Shown here: positions 61,901 through 64,000 of the stretch, piece by piece
How the letters are laid out: each line of letters begins with the position of its first letter
How positions within the stretch are numbered: the first letter of the stretch is position 1
NCBI GenBank assembly: GCA_951804945.1
Contig: OX638149.1
Span: 37,200,001 to 37,264,000, forward strand
Reading direction: 5' to 3'
Origin: Podarcis cretensis
Taxonomy: Eukaryota
DNA: 64,000 nucleotides
Position numbers and translations under genes: made by a program
Notes under the pieces: model-generated
The model's input: only the letters and a program-made list of their open reading frames with translations
Told to the model about the DNA's origin: nothing
The model's database searches: none

Positions 61901-63264
61901 GGGCGGATGCGTGCGTCCTTACGAAAAAACAACAAAGAACACCCCACAGCAAAACACCAAACCGCTGCACAGTAATTACAATTGTCGCAGAATAGGAAGG
62001 CAAGCAATTAAATGCTCCATAGGTGCTGCTCATAATTGTTGCAGGCAAATCAGGAGATTAAGCATAGCAACAATGCACAGCACAAGATGGCCTAAACTCT
62101 GTTTTTCCTGCAGAACTGCAAATAGTAGCAAATCAAAAGGCTGTTCTCCTTAATTACCGCTGTATGAGGCATCAGGCTAAAAGCAGGCTCATTCTGTAAT
62201 GTTTTCTATACAGCTACAGTATGAACATACAATGCAGGCCTTTATGCGCCACCTAATAGACAATATTACACACCAAATTATTGCCTGCTTTCATTTTGCA
62301 GGGAGAAATCACTGGTGAGTCGAGGCCATTGGCTTCTCAGCTTCCCCAGCAAGCAATGTGTTGACTGAACTGAGAGAACAGTTTTACTTCTTCAAGCCAG
62401 TGGTGACTATTTATACTTAAACACATTGCTTCACAACTTCCAGCATCTCGTATTATGTGACAGCGTGGAAGCGGGATGGACTGCAGTCTCCGCTTGTGAG
62501 CTTTACAAGCTGGCGCTTGTGGTGTACTTTGCGAAGTTTGCACATGCCCCTTCTCTCTTTGCTCTGCAGTCATCCATCCTGTGGCTCCAGCCTCCGCGTG
62601 GGACCCAAACGCAACAGGCCCATGGAAGGGAACAGGCAGTGGCCACAGACCTCCCAGGGGTGTGGGGGGAGCAGCAAATAATGCAGCAGTTTTGCACATG
62701 GAAATCTGATATCCTCCACATTTATGAACGTCTCACTCGAGGCATAAACAAGGCAAGCAAAAATAAGACTGTGAAACTGCTTAATTCATGAAAAGAGCCA
62801 ATTATTCATGTTGCTATAGCACATTTGTTTTATTTTTAAAGTCGCATGGAAGGTCATCAGTAAACAAATGGATAGAGCTTTCTTCTTATTCGCAGTATTC
62901 AGCTGCTACGAAATCTAAATGACATAACTAAATTCAGTAAAATGTCAAGGGCCACTCTTGGAGGAACTGAATTGCAGCAACTAAATAAATAATAATTGCG
63001 GTTTGTGAGCATTTGTTTTGGCTCAATTTTTCACTCTTGAAATGCTATCACCGCAAGATGGTTTTGAGCTCTCCCTTTTGTTGCAGGGGGAAGGGGAGGA
63101 AACGGATTTGTGCTTTTTGCGTGAGTGCCTAGTAGACAGGCCAATACAGTAGTTTGGGGTTGTTTTTCTTGCCTTGGGACATGTTCATTGCAGGCAAAAA
63201 GATCCCTTTGGGTTCAATCAACACCTGGATATAGCCCTCCACCCCCTACACATGGTGGCATAAT

Positions 63265-64000
63265 AACTGTATTATTTATACGCCACCCATCTGACTGTGT
63301 TGCCCCAGCCACTCTGGGCAGCTTAAAACATATGTCAAAACATAATAAAACACTGAACATAAAAAATGTCCCTATACAGGGCTGCCTTCAGACATCATCA
63401 GGTTGTATAATTACTTATCTCCTTGGCTCAGGGGTCTCATAACTCCATACCCTCCAACATTTCTCCGATGAAAATAGGGACGTCCTAAGGAAAAGTGGGA
63501 CATTGCAGGAACAAATCAGAATCTGCCCTGGAAAATAGGGACATGGAGTGTCTGCAAAGGCCTGACAGTATGTTTTTACAAGTACTAGGCTGTTGGGTGG
63601 GGATGGATAACAAACAAACAAACAAAGGAATGTTTTCACGTGGTGCCTAAAGATATGTAATGAAGGTGCCAAGCGAGCCTCCTTATGGAGAGCTTTCCAC
63701 AAATGGGAAGCCACTGCAGAAATGGCTCACTCTCATGTTTCCACCCTCTGGACCTCTTGTGGAGGAGGCACGTGAAAAAGGGCCTCAGCGGATGATTGCA
63801 GGATCCAGGTTGGTTCAGCCGTCCTTAAGCATGCTATGCAGATGCTATCAGAAATATGGAAGAGCCAAGTGTGACTATTCCACACCAAGTGCCCAGTCCT
63901 GCATCACCAGCACTGTTTCTATGCCACGTCTGGGAGACTGAACTCTTTGCTCGAGAGCACCATCTAGGCTTGAAGTGCCAGCCCACCAGAGCATTTAATC
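63265..64000 (-). mobile_element. Composite of L2-like 3' fragments and an intervening repeat
   Basis: 63270-63400 resembles the L2 tail at 20885; 63620-63720 translates HLWKALHKEARLAPSLHIFRHHVKTFL, typical of the L2 C-terminus. Confidence 0.6.

Noticed and set aside
25040-64000. A second protein-coding gene upstream of G2E3
   Set aside because: I found no chain of phase-compatible exons or recognisable cellular protein motifs. Small exons of a long gene or a lncRNA cannot be excluded by eye.

Overview
Vertebrate genomic DNA from a squamate reptile, probably a lacertid lizard (inferred from Sauria-type SINEs with (CCTTTA)n tails and the MITE families). The left part holds one complete protein-coding gene on the minus strand, G2E3 (G2/M-specific E3 ubiquitin ligase; PHD/RING fingers plus a HECT-like domain). 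I rebuilt 15 coding exons by hand from ATG 17322 to TAG 2893: 2235 nt, 744 aa, all splice phases consistent. A probable non-coding exon 1 lies in a CpG island at about 23.65-24.43 kb carrying CHR, E2F, GC-box and CRE-like motifs. Notable gene features are a His at the canonical HECT catalytic Cys position, a 129-nt in-frame Ser/Pro-rich exon with no counterpart in human G2E3 as I recall it, and a GC-AG intron. The remaining ~40 kb upstream has no recognisable gene. It contains SINEs, TA-flanked Tc1/mariner-pogo MITEs, hAT MITEs with 8-bp TSDs, L1/L2/CR1 fragments, two solo LTRs, microsatellites, three N-gaps, a microhomology-flanked templated duplication and some repeat-poor candidate regulatory blocks. 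I found no convincing novel multi-gene system; nearly all short ORFs outside G2E3 exons derive from repeats or gaps. Human comparisons are from memory, not from an alignment.
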